Made by a program: the position numbers and the translations under genes. This document shows positions 49,451-60,081 of a stretch of 64,000 nucleotides of DNA, piece by piece. Each line of letters opens with the position of its first letter. Within the stretch, counting starts at the first letter, position 1. The stretch is from Alphaproteobacteria bacterium (GTDB taxonomy: Bacteria > Pseudomonadota > Alphaproteobacteria > GCA-2731375), in contig CBDDPY010000002.1 in the NCBI GenBank assembly GCA_965232515.1, forward strand, positions 2,784,001 to 2,848,000, read 5' to 3'. The notes under the pieces are model-generated. The model did not search any database. It saw only the letters and a program-made list of their open reading frames with translations, and had not been told where the DNA came from.

Positions 49451-49550
49451 TGCTTCGAGACGCGGCCGCGCCGCTCCTCAGCATGAGGCTGGGGGTCGAT
49501 ATAGGATCAGGGCTTCATCCTGAGCAGGCCCAATGGGCCGTCTCGAAGGA
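49451..49550. repeat. Inverted pair of alphaproteobacterial REP-like palindromic elements
   Basis: TGCTTCGAGACG...CTCCTCAGCATGAGG and its inverse TTCATCCTGAGCAG...CGTCTCGAAGGA, between convergent genes. Confidence 0.7.
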
Positions 49551-49585
49551 TCGGCCATAGAGCGGCGGTCGCCGCCGCTTCGCCC

Positions 49586-51700
49586 CTATTCCGCCGCGTC
49601 GACCTCGACGGTGATCACCGGCTCGACCTGCTGCAGCTCGGCGAGCGGGATGTGGCAGGCGATGACGTGGTCGGGCGCGGCCTCCTGCTCGGGCGGCGGC
49701 TGCTCGTCGCAGATCGCCCCCACTTTTCGCGGACAGCGGGTCGCGAAGGGACAACCCTTCGGCGGATTCAGCACGCTCGGCAGGTTGCCTTCCAGCACGA
49801 TGTGCCGCTTGGAGACCGAGGTGTCGGCGATCGGCACGGCCGACAACAGGGCTTCGGTATAGGGGTGATAGGGCGGCGAGAAGACCTCTTCCGTGCCGCC
49901 ACGCTCCATGATCTGGCCCAGATACATCACCACGATCCGGTCCGACAGATAGCGCACGACCGAGAGGTCGTGGCTGATGAACAGCAGCGTGGTACCGAAC
50001 TTGCGCTGGATATCCATCAGCAGGTCGGTCACCGCCGCCTGCACCGAAACGTCGAGCGCCGAGACCGGCTCGTCGGCGATCACCATGGCCGGGTTGCCAG
50101 CAAACGCGCGGGCGATGCCGACGCGCTGTTTCTGGCCGCCCGACAGCTGGCGCGGCCGCCGGTCGGCGAACGCGCGCGGCAGCTTCACCAGGTCCAGCAG
50201 CTCCATGACCCGCTCGTGGATCTTGTCCTTGTCGCTCTCGACGCCGAACTTGCGGATCACCCGGGCGATCTGCTGGCCGACCGTGATCGACGGGTTCAGC
50301 GTGTCGTTCGGGTTCTGGAACACCATCTGCAGCGAGCCGATCTCCTCGGGCGTGCGCTGCTCGACCGGCTTCTCGCCGATCTGCTCGCCGTTGAAGACGA
50401 TCTCGCCCTTAGTCGTCGTCTCCAGGCCCATCAGCACCTTGGCGAAGGTCGACTTGCCGCATCCGGACTCGCCGACGATGGCCAGCGTCTCGCCCTTGCG
50501 CGCCTTGAAGTTCAGACGCTCGTTCGCCTTCACGTAGCGCACCGTCTCGCCCGACAGCATGGCTTTGATCGAGCGGTCGTGGATCGGATAGTACTTCTGC
50601 ATATCCTCGATATGCAGCACCTCGACGCCGGGCGGCACTTCCTCGAAGGTCGGCGGCGGCGGGGGCGGCGGTTCGCCGGCAAGATCGTTCCAACGCAAGC
50701 AACGCACCCGGTGGTCCGCCGACGGGTGCTGGATCTCGCTCATCTTTATGTCGTGGCTGTCGCACAGACCGGCCTGGGCATAGTTGCAGCGCGGACCGAA
50801 GTTGCAGCCCTGCGGGCGTTCATGCGGCAGCGGCAACTGCCCGGGAATGGCAACCAGTGGCCGGCTGTTCTTGTCGGCCGCCGGCACCGGAATGCAGCCG
50901 AACAGGCCTTGCGTATAGGGATGCCGTGGATTTTCGAAGATCTCGCCGATCTCGGCCTCCTCGACCACCTCGCCCGAATACATGACGCAGACCCTGTCGC
51001 AGGTCTCCAGGATCAGGCCCATATTGTGCGAGATGTAGAGCATGCTGGTGCCGAACTTCTCGCTGATCTCGGCGATCAGCTCGACGATGCCGGCCTCGAC
51101 CGTCACGTCGAGCGCCGTCGTCGGCTCGTCCAACAACAGGAGGCTGGGGTTCGACAGCAGCGCCATGGCAATGACCACGCGCTGCTGCTGGCCGCCCGAG
51201 ATCTGGTGCGGATAGGCCGCCATGACCCGGTCCGGGTCGGGCAGGCGCACGTCGGCCAAGATCTGCCGGGCCCGATCGTAGGCGTCCTGTTCGCTGATGT
51301 CCTCATGGAACAGCGGCACTTCCATGAGCTGGCGGCCGAGCGTCAGGCTGGGGTTCAGCGCGGCCATCGGCTCCTGATAGATCATGGCGATCTCGGAACC
51401 GCGCAGCTGGCGCAGCTCCTCCTCGCTCATGGTCATCATGTCGCGGCCCTTGAACTTGATCGAGCCGCCGACGATCTTGCCGGCCGTGCCCATGTAGCGC
51501 ATCACCGCCATGGCGACGGTCGACTTGCCACAGCCGGATTCGCCAACGAGGCCGATCGCCTGGCCATGCTCCAACGTCAGCGAGAAGTCGATCACGGCCG
51601 GGATTTCGCCGGCCCGCGTGAAGTACGAGATGTGCAGGTTTTCGATCTCCAGCACCGACTCCATGGAGCCGCCGCCGTTGCCCGTCGCCGGTGCCGTCAT
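49586..51700 (-). CDS. Peptide/opine-type ABC transporter, fused double ATPase
   Basis: Two GESGCGKST, ISGGQQQR and LSGGQKQR, two HPYT and Cys-rich oligopeptide-ABC tails. Confidence 0.95.
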   Translation of the reverse strand: MTAPATGNGGGSMESVLEIENLHISYFTRAGEIPAVIDFSLTLEHGQAIGLVGESGCGKSTVAMAVMRYMGTAGKIVGGSIKFKGRDMMTMSEEELRQLRGSEIAMIYQEPMAALNPSLTLGRQLMEVPLFHEDISEQDAYDRARQILADVRLPDPDRVMAAYPHQISGGQQQRVVIAMALLSNPSLLLLDEPTTALDVTVEAGIVELIAEISEKFGTSMLYISHNMGLILETCDRVCVMYSGEVVEEAEIGEIFENPRHPYTQGLFGCIPVPAADKNSRPLVAIPGQLPLPHERPQGCNFGPRCNYAQAGLCDSHDIKMSEIQHPSADHRVRCLRWNDLAGEPPPPPPPTFEEVPPGVEVLHIEDMQKYYPIHDRSIKAMLSGETVRYVKANERLNFKARKGETLAIVGESGCGKSTFAKVLMGLETTTKGEIVFNGEQIGEKPVEQRTPEEIGSLQMVFQNPNDTLNPSITVGQQIARVIRKFGVESDKDKIHERVMELLDLVKLPRAFADRRPRQLSGGQKQRVGIARAFAGNPAMVIADEPVSALDVSVQAAVTDLLMDIQRKFGTTLLFISHDLSVVRYLSDRIVVMYLGQIMERGGTEEVFSPPYHPYTEALLSAVPIADTSVSKRHIVLEGNLPSVLNPPKGCPFATRCPRKVGAICDEQPPPEQEAAPDHVIACHIPLAELQQVEPVITVEVDAAE

Positions 51701-51710
51701 GGCCGGTCCC

Positions 51711-52601
51711 TCAATCCCTGATCGAAATTTCGCGCAAGCCGTCGGCGAGCAGGTTCAAGCCCAGCACCAGCGAGGAGATCGCGAGGCACGGGAACACGCT
51801 CATCCATGGGAACACCTGCGCCATGGTGCGGGTCTCGTTGATCATGCCGCCCCAGTCAGGATTTGGCGGCGGCAGGCCGAGGCCGAGGAAGCCGAGCACG
51901 CCGATGGTGATGGTGACGTATCCCAGACGCAGGCAGGCATCGACGATCAACGGCCCGCGCGCGTTCGGCAAGATCTCGACCAGCATGATCCACATCGAGG
52001 ACTCGCCGCGCGTCTGCGCCGCCGCGACATAGTCCCGCGTGCGCAGGTCCAGCACCAGGCCGCGCACGATGCGCATGATGCCCGGCGCGCTGGCGAAGGT
52101 GATGGCGATCAGGATGTTGATCCCCGAGGCGCCGACCGTGGCGATGATGATGACGTAGAGCACCAGCACCGGGAACGACAGGATCAGGTTGGCGACGAAC
52201 GACAGGATATCGTCCCACCAGCCGCCCTTGTAGCCGGCAACGACGCCCATCAGAATGCCGACCGCGTAGGCGCAGATCGTCGCGACCGGCGCGTAGATCA
52301 GCACGGTCTGCGAGCCGTAGATGATACGCGACAGGATGTCCCGGCCGATATGATCCGTGCCCAGCCAGAAGGTGCCGCCCTCGGGACCGTCGAACGGCGA
52401 GAACGGCGGCAGCATCGGCGCCAGCGTCGCGTTCGGCGGGAACGGCGCGATCAGCGGCGCGAACAGCGCCATCAACACCCAGAATACGATGATCACGGCG
52501 CCGATCATGGCGACGCCGCTTTCGCGCAACAGCACAAAGGATTTCAGAATGCGGAAGATCAGCGGTTCCCGTTTCGGGATATCGGCCGTCGTGTCTGCCA
52601 T
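51711..52601 (-). CDS. ABC transporter permease (DppC-like)
   Basis: LGTDHIGRDILSR, YVAAAQTRG, PDWGGMI. Confidence 0.95.
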   Translation of the reverse strand: MADTTADIPKREPLIFRILKSFVLLRESGVAMIGAVIIVFWVLMALFAPLIAPFPPNATLAPMLPPFSPFDGPEGGTFWLGTDHIGRDILSRIIYGSQTVLIYAPVATICAYAVGILMGVVAGYKGGWWDDILSFVANLILSFPVLVLYVIIIATVGASGINILIAITFASAPGIMRIVRGLVLDLRTRDYVAAAQTRGESSMWIMLVEILPNARGPLIVDACLRLGYVTITIGVLGFLGLGLPPPNPDWGGMINETRTMAQVFPWMSVFPCLAISSLVLGLNLLADGLREISIRD

Positions 52602-52616
52602 GATACCGCGCCTCGC

Positions 52617-53549
52617 CTAGCTGAACCGGATGCGTGGGTTGAGATAGGTGTAGCCGATATCGGCCAACGTCTGCGTGCTTACCGCGACGAAGACCGCGAC
52701 CATGGCGCAGGCTTCGATCACGTAAATATCCTGGGCCAGCGACGCTTCCAGCAGCAAGGCGCCGAAGCCCTTATAGGCGAAGAAGAACTCGACCACGATG
52801 ACGCCCGACAGCAGCCAGTTGATCTGCAGCATGATCACCGTGAATGGCGCGATCAGGGCGTTGCGCAGCGCGTGCTTCATGATCACCACGCGATAGGGCA
52901 GACCCTTCAGCACCGCCGTGCGGATGTAGTGCGTCGTCATCACCTCGGCCATGGACGCGCGGGTCATGCGCGCGACATAACCGAAGTCGTAGAGCACCAG
53001 CACCATCACGGGCAGGATCAGTTCGACGAAATTGAATCCGTCCGTCATCCCCGATGTGCCGGGCAGCAAGCCCAGGCCGAAAACGAAGATCGTCGACAGC
53101 AGCACGGCGCTGGCGAATTCCGGCACCGAGGTGAAGACAATACCGATGACCGATATCGAGCGGTCCTGAAAGGACCCCTCCTTCATGCCGGCAAGCACGC
53201 CCAGCGTCAGCGACAGCGGGATCATGACCAGGAACGTCGCCAGCCCCAGGATCCCGGTGTTGGCCAGCCGGTCCCAGAGAATGTCGTTGACCGGCACCTT
53301 GTATTTGATCGATTCGCCCAGATCGCCGGTGACGAAGCCGCCGAGCCAGTCGAAATAACGAATAAAGAGCGGTTCGTTGTAGCCGTTTTCTTCGAGCCAG
53401 ATCGCGCGCTGTTCTTCGGACGAATACGGCCCCAAAACCTTCGTGGCGATGCTGCCGGGCGAGAACTCCAAGACCAGAAACACGATCAGCGACAGCACCA
53501 ACATGGTCAGCGCCATGTAGGCCAACCGCCGGGCTAAAAATACCAGCAT
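52617..53549 (-). CDS. ABC transporter permease (DppB-like)
   Basis: GDLGES, YIRTAVLKG, HALRNAL, YLNPRIR. Confidence 0.95.
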   Translation of the reverse strand: MLVFLARRLAYMALTMLVLSLIVFLVLEFSPGSIATKVLGPYSSEEQRAIWLEENGYNEPLFIRYFDWLGGFVTGDLGESIKYKVPVNDILWDRLANTGILGLATFLVMIPLSLTLGVLAGMKEGSFQDRSISVIGIVFTSVPEFASAVLLSTIFVFGLGLLPGTSGMTDGFNFVELILPVMVLVLYDFGYVARMTRASMAEVMTTHYIRTAVLKGLPYRVVIMKHALRNALIAPFTVIMLQINWLLSGVIVVEFFFAYKGFGALLLEASLAQDIYVIEACAMVAVFVAVSTQTLADIGYTYLNPRIRFS

Positions 53550-53610
53550 CTATGCGCCCCCTGCTGCGCCCATCATCTGTCGCGATGGTTGTTCTGGCTG
53601 GGTTGTCGGT

Positions 53611-53632
53611 GGGGGCGGCGTTGGCCGCCCCC
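53611..53632 (-). other. Stem-loop downstream of the binding-protein gene
   Basis: GGGGGCGGC-GTTG-GCCGCCCCC. Confidence 0.6.
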
Positions 53633-53644
53633 GCACAACTTGAC

Positions 53645-55339
53645 TCAAGCGCTGAACCCGACCTTGCGGAAGTCGTGGTACTGCGTCGGATGCGTTGCGT
53701 AGCCGGCGACCTTCTTGCTGGTCGCTGAGAAAACGCCACGCCAGAGCGGCTGCACCATGATGGCGTCGGTCTGCAGAATGGTCTGAACCTTCTCCATCTT
53801 CTTTTTCCGCTCGGCCACGTCGAGTGTGGCGCTGGCGTCGTTAAGCGCCGCTTCGAACTCGGGATTGCTGTAGTGGCTCTCGTTCCAGGGCACGCCGGCG
53901 CGATAGGCGAGGTTGAGCACCATGACGCCCAATGGCCGGTGGGTCCAGGAGGTGAAGCCGAACGGCGTCTTGTCCCAGACTTCCCAGTAGGACGAGCCGG
54001 GCATGATGTTGAGCTCGAGATTGATGCCGGCGGGCGCCAGTTGCTCGCGCATGACCTGCATGGCGTCCGCGTGCCACTTGTCGGCCGAGCCGAGATCGAT
54101 CTTCAGGTTCAACCCGCCGCCGTGGCCGGCATCGGCCAGCAGCTTCTTCGCCTTGTCGTAATCCTGGCTCATCTTCGGCAGGGCGAAGTATTCCGGGTGG
54201 ATCGGCGCGACATGGTGATCCTCGCCGATGGCGCCGCGGCCGCGATAGGCGATGTCGAGCAGCTTCTGATGATCGATGCAGGCCTGCACCGCCTGACGCA
54301 CACGGACGTCATCGAACGGTTTCTGATCCATCTGCATCCGGGCGACGCCGGTCTGTGCGGTCACCGCTTCGTGCAGCACCAGATGCGGCACCTTCTCGAC
54401 GATGTCGATCTGCGTGATGTCGACCTCGTAGACCATATCGACCTGGCCCGAGATCAAGGCGTTCAGCAGCGCCGAATAGTCGTCGCCGTGATCGATATAG
54501 GTGATCTGGTCGAGATAGACGTCGCCGCCCCAGTAGCCGGGCCGCTTCTTGACCACGTACTTCTCACCGACGCGGTATTCGACCTGCTCGAACGGGCCGG
54601 TGCCGATCGGGTTCTTCGACAGGTCGCCGCCCATCTCGTCGAACTTCCGATGCACGATCGCGGTCGGATAGTTGTAGAGGTTCTCCGGCACCGCCAGCTC
54701 AGGCGACTTCAGGTTCAGCCGTACGGTGTGCGCGTCGACCTTCTCGACCGCGCCCGAGATCATGCGCTTCGACATGACGGCGTTGCCGTCCTTGTCCTTC
54801 TTGCCGGTGTCGATGTCCTCGACCATGCCGGAGAACAGACCGATGTTGGACGAGCCCGTCGCCGGATCGAGCCAGCGCTCGAAATTGTGCACGACGTCAT
54901 CGGCGCCGAAATCGTCGCCGTTGTTCCACTTCACGCCCTTGCGCAGATGCAGCGTCCAGGTCTTGAGATCGTCCGACGCTTCCCACTTCTCCGCCAGATA
55001 GGGGCGGGTCACGTTGTCGGTGCCGGTTACCGTCAGGTATTCGATGATCTGCCGCGCCTGGTTCGACTTCTGCGTCCAGTCGAACGTCGCCGGATCGGTC
55101 ATCTCCTGCACCCGCATCGAGCAGCGCATGTTACCGCCCATTTTCGGCGTCGCGGCCTGCGCCTTCGGGACGAAGCTTTCGCCGGTCACCTGGCCGACCA
55201 TGGCGTAGGCCGCCGTGGCCGACACGCCGAGCAAGGTCGCGGTGCGCAGGAATTCGCGCCGGTCCACCTCACCCTTCTTGAACTGCTCGTAAATCTCCGG
55301 GACGTAAGGGTGAACCTTCGCCTTCCCATTCCTGGCCAT
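53645..55339 (-). CDS. Family 5 ABC substrate-binding protein, Tat-exported
   Basis: DRREFL twin-arginine motif, LRKGVKW, IGTGPF, PFDDVRVRQA. Confidence 0.95.
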   Translation of the reverse strand: MARNGKAKVHPYVPEIYEQFKKGEVDRREFLRTATLLGVSATAAYAMVGQVTGESFVPKAQAATPKMGGNMRCSMRVQEMTDPATFDWTQKSNQARQIIEYLTVTGTDNVTRPYLAEKWEASDDLKTWTLHLRKGVKWNNGDDFGADDVVHNFERWLDPATGSSNIGLFSGMVEDIDTGKKDKDGNAVMSKRMISGAVEKVDAHTVRLNLKSPELAVPENLYNYPTAIVHRKFDEMGGDLSKNPIGTGPFEQVEYRVGEKYVVKKRPGYWGGDVYLDQITYIDHGDDYSALLNALISGQVDMVYEVDITQIDIVEKVPHLVLHEAVTAQTGVARMQMDQKPFDDVRVRQAVQACIDHQKLLDIAYRGRGAIGEDHHVAPIHPEYFALPKMSQDYDKAKKLLADAGHGGGLNLKIDLGSADKWHADAMQVMREQLAPAGINLELNIMPGSSYWEVWDKTPFGFTSWTHRPLGVMVLNLAYRAGVPWNESHYSNPEFEAALNDASATLDVAERKKKMEKVQTILQTDAIMVQPLWRGVFSATSKKVAGYATHPTQYHDFRKVGFSA

Positions 55340-55676
55340 CTATCTGCTCCCTGCTTTGAAGATTGTCGTGATCGCTGCGTTTCGGTCGCTAATTCTATCG
55401 AGACGTCCGCAAAAAGGCGTCAAATAGAACCATAGAAATTCTCAGCTCGCGCCCAATATCCATAAGACGACTTTTTATATTCGATTCGCGACAGCCGCGT
55501 TGTCGTCAATTATATTAGAATTGGACAAACCGAAACTTGGCCCTATCGCCTCCCGTTGATTAGGCCGATCTGCCGATATCATCTGATCTTGTGGCAACTC
55601 TGTCAAACCAATTCCGGGGAAAACACAGGACTTCCCGTGGAATCACTTGGGTTTGACATCGCGGTTGGCCCGCGCG

Positions 55677-57206
55677 TCAGGGCCGGAACAATCCTTCGCC
55701 AACGGACCCGCGGAACCCGCCCTGCCGGATCCATGCCGCGACGGCGCCGATCTCCGCGGCAAGCGACCGGTCCTCGGCCAGAAACGGGCTGATCCGCCGA
55801 AGTTGTCCATGCACGGCCGACAGATCGGGCGACGTTGCCAGGGGCCGGCGTAACTCAACCGCCTGGGCGGCGGCCAGCAACTCTATGGCGATAACACCGG
55901 CGGCGTTCTCGCACATGGTGTCGAGACGCCGGGCGGCATAGGTCGACATCGAGACATGGTCTTCCTGATTGGCCGATGTCGGCAGGCTGTCGACGCTGGC
56001 GGGATGCGCCAGGGCCTTGTTTTCGCTGACCAGCGCCGCGGCGCTGACCTGCGCCAGCATGAAGCCCGAATTCAGGCCGCTGTCCGGAATCAGAAAGGCC
56101 GGCAGGCCGGAGTTCATGTTCGGATCGACCAGCAGCGCGATGCGTCGCTCGGCCAGCGCGCCGATTTCGGCGATCGCCAGCGCCAGGTTGTCGGCCGCAA
56201 AGGCCACCGGTTGACCATGGAAATTGCCGCCGCTCAGCACCTCGCCGCGGTCCGCGAAGACCAACGGGTTGTCGGACACCGCGTTCGCCTCGGTGCCCAG
56301 GACGGTCGCCGCATGCGACATCTGGTCCAGACAGGCGCCCATCACCTGCGGCTGACAGCGTAGCGAATAGGGGTCCTGCACCCGGTCGCAATCGATATGG
56401 GAATCGCGGATCTGGCTGCCGTCCAGCAGACGGACATAAACGTCCGCCACATCGCGCTGTCCGGCATGGCCGCGCAGCGCGTGAATGCGCGGGTCGAACG
56501 GCGTCGTGCTGCCAAGCGCACCATCCACCGACATGGCGCCGGCGACAACCGCGGCGGCGAACACGTTTTCAACGGCGAATAGCCCGGCGAGCGCAAGCGC
56601 CGTCGAGACCTGGGTGCCGTTCAGCAACGCCAGCCCTTCCTTCGCTTCCAGCGCGAGCGGTTTCAGTCCGGCTTTCGTCAGGCCCTTGGCGGCGGGCACC
56701 ACCTTTCCGTTCAGCCGGACCTCGCCCTCGCCGATCAGCACGGCGCTGAGATGCGCGAGCGGCGCCAGGTCGCCCGACGCGCCGACCGAGCCCTTCTCGG
56801 GCACGACCGGATAAGCCCCGGCGTTGAACAGCGCCACTAAAGCCTCGACGACCTCGCGCCGGACGCCGGAATGACCGAGCGCGAGGCTGCCGGCCTTCAG
56901 CGCCAGAACCAGCCGAATGACATCGTCGGCGAGTGGCGCGCCAAGGCCGGTCGCATGGCTCAAGACCAAACGTCGCTGCAGCGTTTGCAGTTGCGCGTCG
57001 TCGATGCGCGTGCGCGCCAGCAAGCCGAAGCCGGTATTGACGCCATAGATGGTGTCGCCCTTGTCGACGACGTCGCGCACGGCCCGTGCCCCGGCATCGA
57101 TGGCGGCATGGCATGCCGGGTCCAGGGTCAGCTTGACGCCGCCGTTCGCGATGCAGCGCAGGTCGCTCAACGAGAGCGCGCCCGGAGAAAGCTGGCGTGT
57201 CGTCAT
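55677..57206 (-). CDS. hutH: Histidine ammonia-lyase
   Basis: [12 protein letters not shown] (HAL-type SH), [12 protein letters not shown] (MIO-forming ASG), [16 protein letters not shown]. Confidence 0.96.
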   Translation of the reverse strand: MTTRQLSPGALSLSDLRCIANGGVKLTLDPACHAAIDAGARAVRDVVDKGDTIYGVNTGFGLLARTRIDDAQLQTLQRRLVLSHATGLGAPLADDVIRLVLALKAGSLALGHSGVRREVVEALVALFNAGAYPVVPEKGSVGASGDLAPLAHLSAVLIGEGEVRLNGKVVPAAKGLTKAGLKPLALEAKEGLALLNGTQVSTALALAGLFAVENVFAAAVVAGAMSVDGALGSTTPFDPRIHALRGHAGQRDVADVYVRLLDGSQIRDSHIDCDRVQDPYSLRCQPQVMGACLDQMSHAATVLGTEANAVSDNPLVFADRGEVLSGGNFHGQPVAFAADNLALAIAEIGALAERRIALLVDPNMNSGLPAFLIPDSGLNSGFMLAQVSAAALVSENKALAHPASVDSLPTSANQEDHVSMSTYAARRLDTMCENAAGVIAIELLAAAQAVELRRPLATSPDLSAVHGQLRRISPFLAEDRSLAAEIGAVAAWIRQGGFRGSVGEGLFRP

Positions 57207-57352
57207 GGTCGATCCAGATCGATTCGTCGCGCCCGATAGCATGGCATGCGCGCGCGCTCGAGAGGCGAACGATTTCGCGCCGTGATGAACCGATTAGCCG
57301 ATATGGTAGGCGCCGCACGACACTTGATAAGAGCCACGAAAGGTCGGAACGC

Positions 57353-58525
57353 GTGACGGACAATCTCGGCGCCTTCATCAGCCACGACAAAGTCGCCATC
57401 AAAGGCGCGGAGAGCGGCCCCTTGCGGGGCCTGACGTTTGCCGCCAAGGACCTCTACGACATCGCCGGACACGTGACGGGCGCGGGCAATCCGGAATGGC
57501 TGCGCACGCACGAAGCCGCGACCGAAACCGCGCCGGCCGTGCGGATGTTGCTGGACGCCGGCGCCGATCTGATCGGCAAGACCCATACCGACGAGCTGGC
57601 CTACAGCCTGAACGGCGAGAACGTGCACTACGGCACGCCGGTGAACAGCGCCGCGCCCGGCCGCATTCCCGGCGGCTCGTCCAGCGGGTCGGCGTCCGCC
57701 GTCGCCGGCAAGGCGGTCGATTTCGCGTTGGGCAGCGATACCGGCGGTTCGGTCCGCATTCCGGCGAGCTATTGCGGGCTGTTCGGCCTCAGACCGACGC
57801 ATGGCCGCATACCCATCGATTGCGCCGTGCCGCTGGCGCCGAGCTTCGACACGGTTGGCTGGTTCACGCGAGACGGCGAACTGTTCCAGCGCGTCGGCGA
57901 AGTGCTGCTGCCGGACTATGCGGCAAAGCCCCGACCGCCATCGATCCTGCTGGCGCGCGACGCCTTCGACATGCTGCCCGGCGAAATCGCCTCGGCGCTC
58001 GCGCCGGCCGTGGTGCGGCTGGCCGCCCTGATCGGCAACGGCGTCGAAGTCACGGTCAGCCCGGACGGCCTCGATTCCTGGATGCCGCACTTTCGCGTGC
58101 TGCAGGCCTTCGAGGTCTGGCAATGCCATGGCGATTGGGTCGGCGCGCACAATCCCGATTTCGGCTCCGGCGTGCGCGAGCGGTTCGAGATGGCAGCCGG
58201 GATCAGCGAGGCCGAAGCCGCCGCACACCGGCCCGCGCGCGCCGCGATCACCGAACGCATGAACGACCTGCTGGCGGATGGCGCGGTACTCTGCCTGCCG
58301 ACGGCGCCCGGCATCGCGCCGCTGAAGGACACGCCGGCCGACGAGCTCGACGACTTCCGCTATCGGATCCTCGGCCTGACCTGCATCGCTGGTCTCTCCG
58401 GCTGTCCGCAGATCAGCCTACCGTTGGCCAGTTATCAGAACTGCCCACTCGGCCTGTCGCTGATCGCACGCCGCGGCGACGACGAGGTGCTGCTCGATAT
58501 CGCGGCCGAGATCGGTGTGGTTTAG
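57353..58525 (+). CDS. Amidase signature family enzyme
   Basis: AAKDLYD, PGGSSSGS, GSDTGGSVRIPAS; GTG at 57353. Confidence 0.92.
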   Translation: MTDNLGAFISHDKVAIKGAESGPLRGLTFAAKDLYDIAGHVTGAGNPEWLRTHEAATETAPAVRMLLDAGADLIGKTHTDELAYSLNGENVHYGTPVNSAAPGRIPGGSSSGSASAVAGKAVDFALGSDTGGSVRIPASYCGLFGLRPTHGRIPIDCAVPLAPSFDTVGWFTRDGELFQRVGEVLLPDYAAKPRPPSILLARDAFDMLPGEIASALAPAVVRLAALIGNGVEVTVSPDGLDSWMPHFRVLQAFEVWQCHGDWVGAHNPDFGSGVRERFEMAAGISEAEAAAHRPARAAITERMNDLLADGAVLCLPTAPGIAPLKDTPADELDDFRYRILGLTCIAGLSGCPQISLPLASYQNCPLGLSLIARRGDDEVLLDIAAEIGVV

Positions 58526-59418
58526 GCCTTGCGCGGATTGACCAGGGCGACGCCGCCCAGCAGCAGCACCAGGCTGAGCCAGATCCAGGCGCTGTGCGTC
58601 TCGCCGAACAACAGCATGCCCCAAAGCACGCCGGCGACGGTGACGACGTAGGCGACCTGGCTAAAGAACACCGGCCCGGCACGATTCAGGATCACGAAAA
58701 ACAGGAATTGCGCGAAGGTCGCGATCAGGATCAGCAGCAGGATCGCCAGATGCGTCACGTCCCAGGGCGGCAGGACGCTGTAGGTGTTGCCCGTCAGCAG
58801 CGCCGCGGTGCCGAGCAGCAGACCACCGCCCAGCAACATGCCGGCGGCCAAGGCCAGACTGTCGGCATCGACTGGCCGGAAGCGCGTGCCCACAATGTTG
58901 TTTACGGCGTAGCAGACCGGCGCGATCAGCGCGACCAAAGCCCACAACAGACCGTCTTCGCCCGGCAGGTTGGCCTCAGGCCCGATGATCAGCCAGACGC
59001 CGGCGAGGCCCAGCGTCAGCCCGACCAACCGACTGAGCGTGATCTGCTCCATCGACAGCGTCAGCGCCAGGCCATAGGTCATCATCGGGACGGTCGTGAC
59101 CAGCATCGACAGGATGCCGGCCGGCAGGTGTGGCGCCGCCGTATAGAATGCCGCCGACGGCAGGGCGATGCCGGTGGCGCCGGTCAGCAGATAGAATGCC
59201 GCGTAGCGTACCGACAGCGGCGGCGGCCGGCCGCGCAGCAAGCCGACCGCCATCAGCACGGCGCCGCCGCCGAAGCCTTGCCACATGGCGACGCCCAGTG
59301 GATGACCGCCGGCGCTGACCGCGATCTTGGCCAGGCTGAAGCTGCCGCCCCACATGGTGCCCAACAGCAACAGCGCGCCGTAGACCCATAACGGCGGACG
59401 CGCGGAACTCGCGTTCAT
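58522..59418 (-). CDS. DMT/EamA family transporter
   Basis: About 10 hydrophobic segments, WGGSF, GPVFFSQVAY, LFGE. Confidence 0.88.
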   Translation of the reverse strand: MNASSARPPLWVYGALLLLGTMWGGSFSLAKIAVSAGGHPLGVAMWQGFGGGAVLMAVGLLRGRPPPLSVRYAAFYLLTGATGIALPSAAFYTAAPHLPAGILSMLVTTVPMMTYGLALTLSMEQITLSRLVGLTLGLAGVWLIIGPEANLPGEDGLLWALVALIAPVCYAVNNIVGTRFRPVDADSLALAAGMLLGGGLLLGTAALLTGNTYSVLPPWDVTHLAILLLILIATFAQFLFFVILNRAGPVFFSQVAYVVTVAGVLWGMLLFGETHSAWIWLSLVLLLGGVALVNPRKA

Positions 59419-60062
59419 GGACCGCGCAGAAACGGCAACAATTTCAAGGCGTCAGACACCGACTCCGCCGGCAAGACCGGAAACGCGTCATCTGCTTCGG
59501 CCAGAACGGCTTCGCGATGCGCGGCGCCATAGCCCGTCATCACATGCATGCCGCCGGCAAGCCCCGCCTTCTTTCCGGCCTCGATATCGCGGGCATGGTC
59601 GCCGATAATCCAGGATCGACCGAGCTCTATCCGCAGCATTGCGGCAGCCGTGTTCAACATGCCCGGATTGGGCTTGCGCGCCGGATGATCGGGATGCGCG
59701 TAGGGCGGCTCGGCGTCGGGATGGAACGGGCAGGCCATGATGGCGTCAATGCGCGCACCGCCGGCATCGAGCTCGGACAGAATGCGCGCCTGTACGTCCG
59801 CGAAGTCTGGCCAACCAAACAGGGCCCGGCCGATACCCGACTGGTTGGTGACGATGACGACATGCAGGTCGCGCGCGTTCGCCGCGGCAACCACCTCGAT
59901 GATCCCCGGAATAAGCCGCACGTCCCCGGGCCGGCGCAGGTGATGCACCTCCTCGACGATCACGCCGTCGCGGTCCAGGAACAAGGCCGGCGCCGACCGG
60001 GGCTCGGCGCGGCGCTCGGCCCAGACCAGATCGTCGCCGACCTGCGGCGGCAGCTTGCTCAC
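59415..60062 (-). CDS. gmhB: HAD-IIIA phosphatase, D,D-heptose 1,7-bisphosphate phosphatase-like
   Basis: FLDRDGV, VTNQSGI, CPFHP, RKPNPGM, IGD. Confidence 0.85.
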   Translation of the reverse strand: MSKLPPQVGDDLVWAERRAEPRSAPALFLDRDGVIVEEVHHLRRPGDVRLIPGIIEVVAAANARDLHVVIVTNQSGIGRALFGWPDFADVQARILSELDAGGARIDAIMACPFHPDAEPPYAHPDHPARKPNPGMLNTAAAMLRIELGRSWIIGDHARDIEAGKKAGLAGGMHVMTGYGAAHREAVLAEADDAFPVLPAESVSDALKLLPFLRGP

Positions 60063-60081
60063 AGGTCAGCCCGGCGCGCCT

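Noticed and set aside
55440-55560. HutC operator upstream of the ABC operon
   Set aside because: Only an imperfect TTGTC...GACAA dyad, no match to the TGTA-N2-TACA HutC core, and no hutC in the window
55677-57206. Ergothioneine TMA-lyase or tyrosine/phenylalanine ammonia-lyase
   Set aside because: The MIO-forming ASG and HAL-type SH and QE residues are present, consistent with a standard histidase
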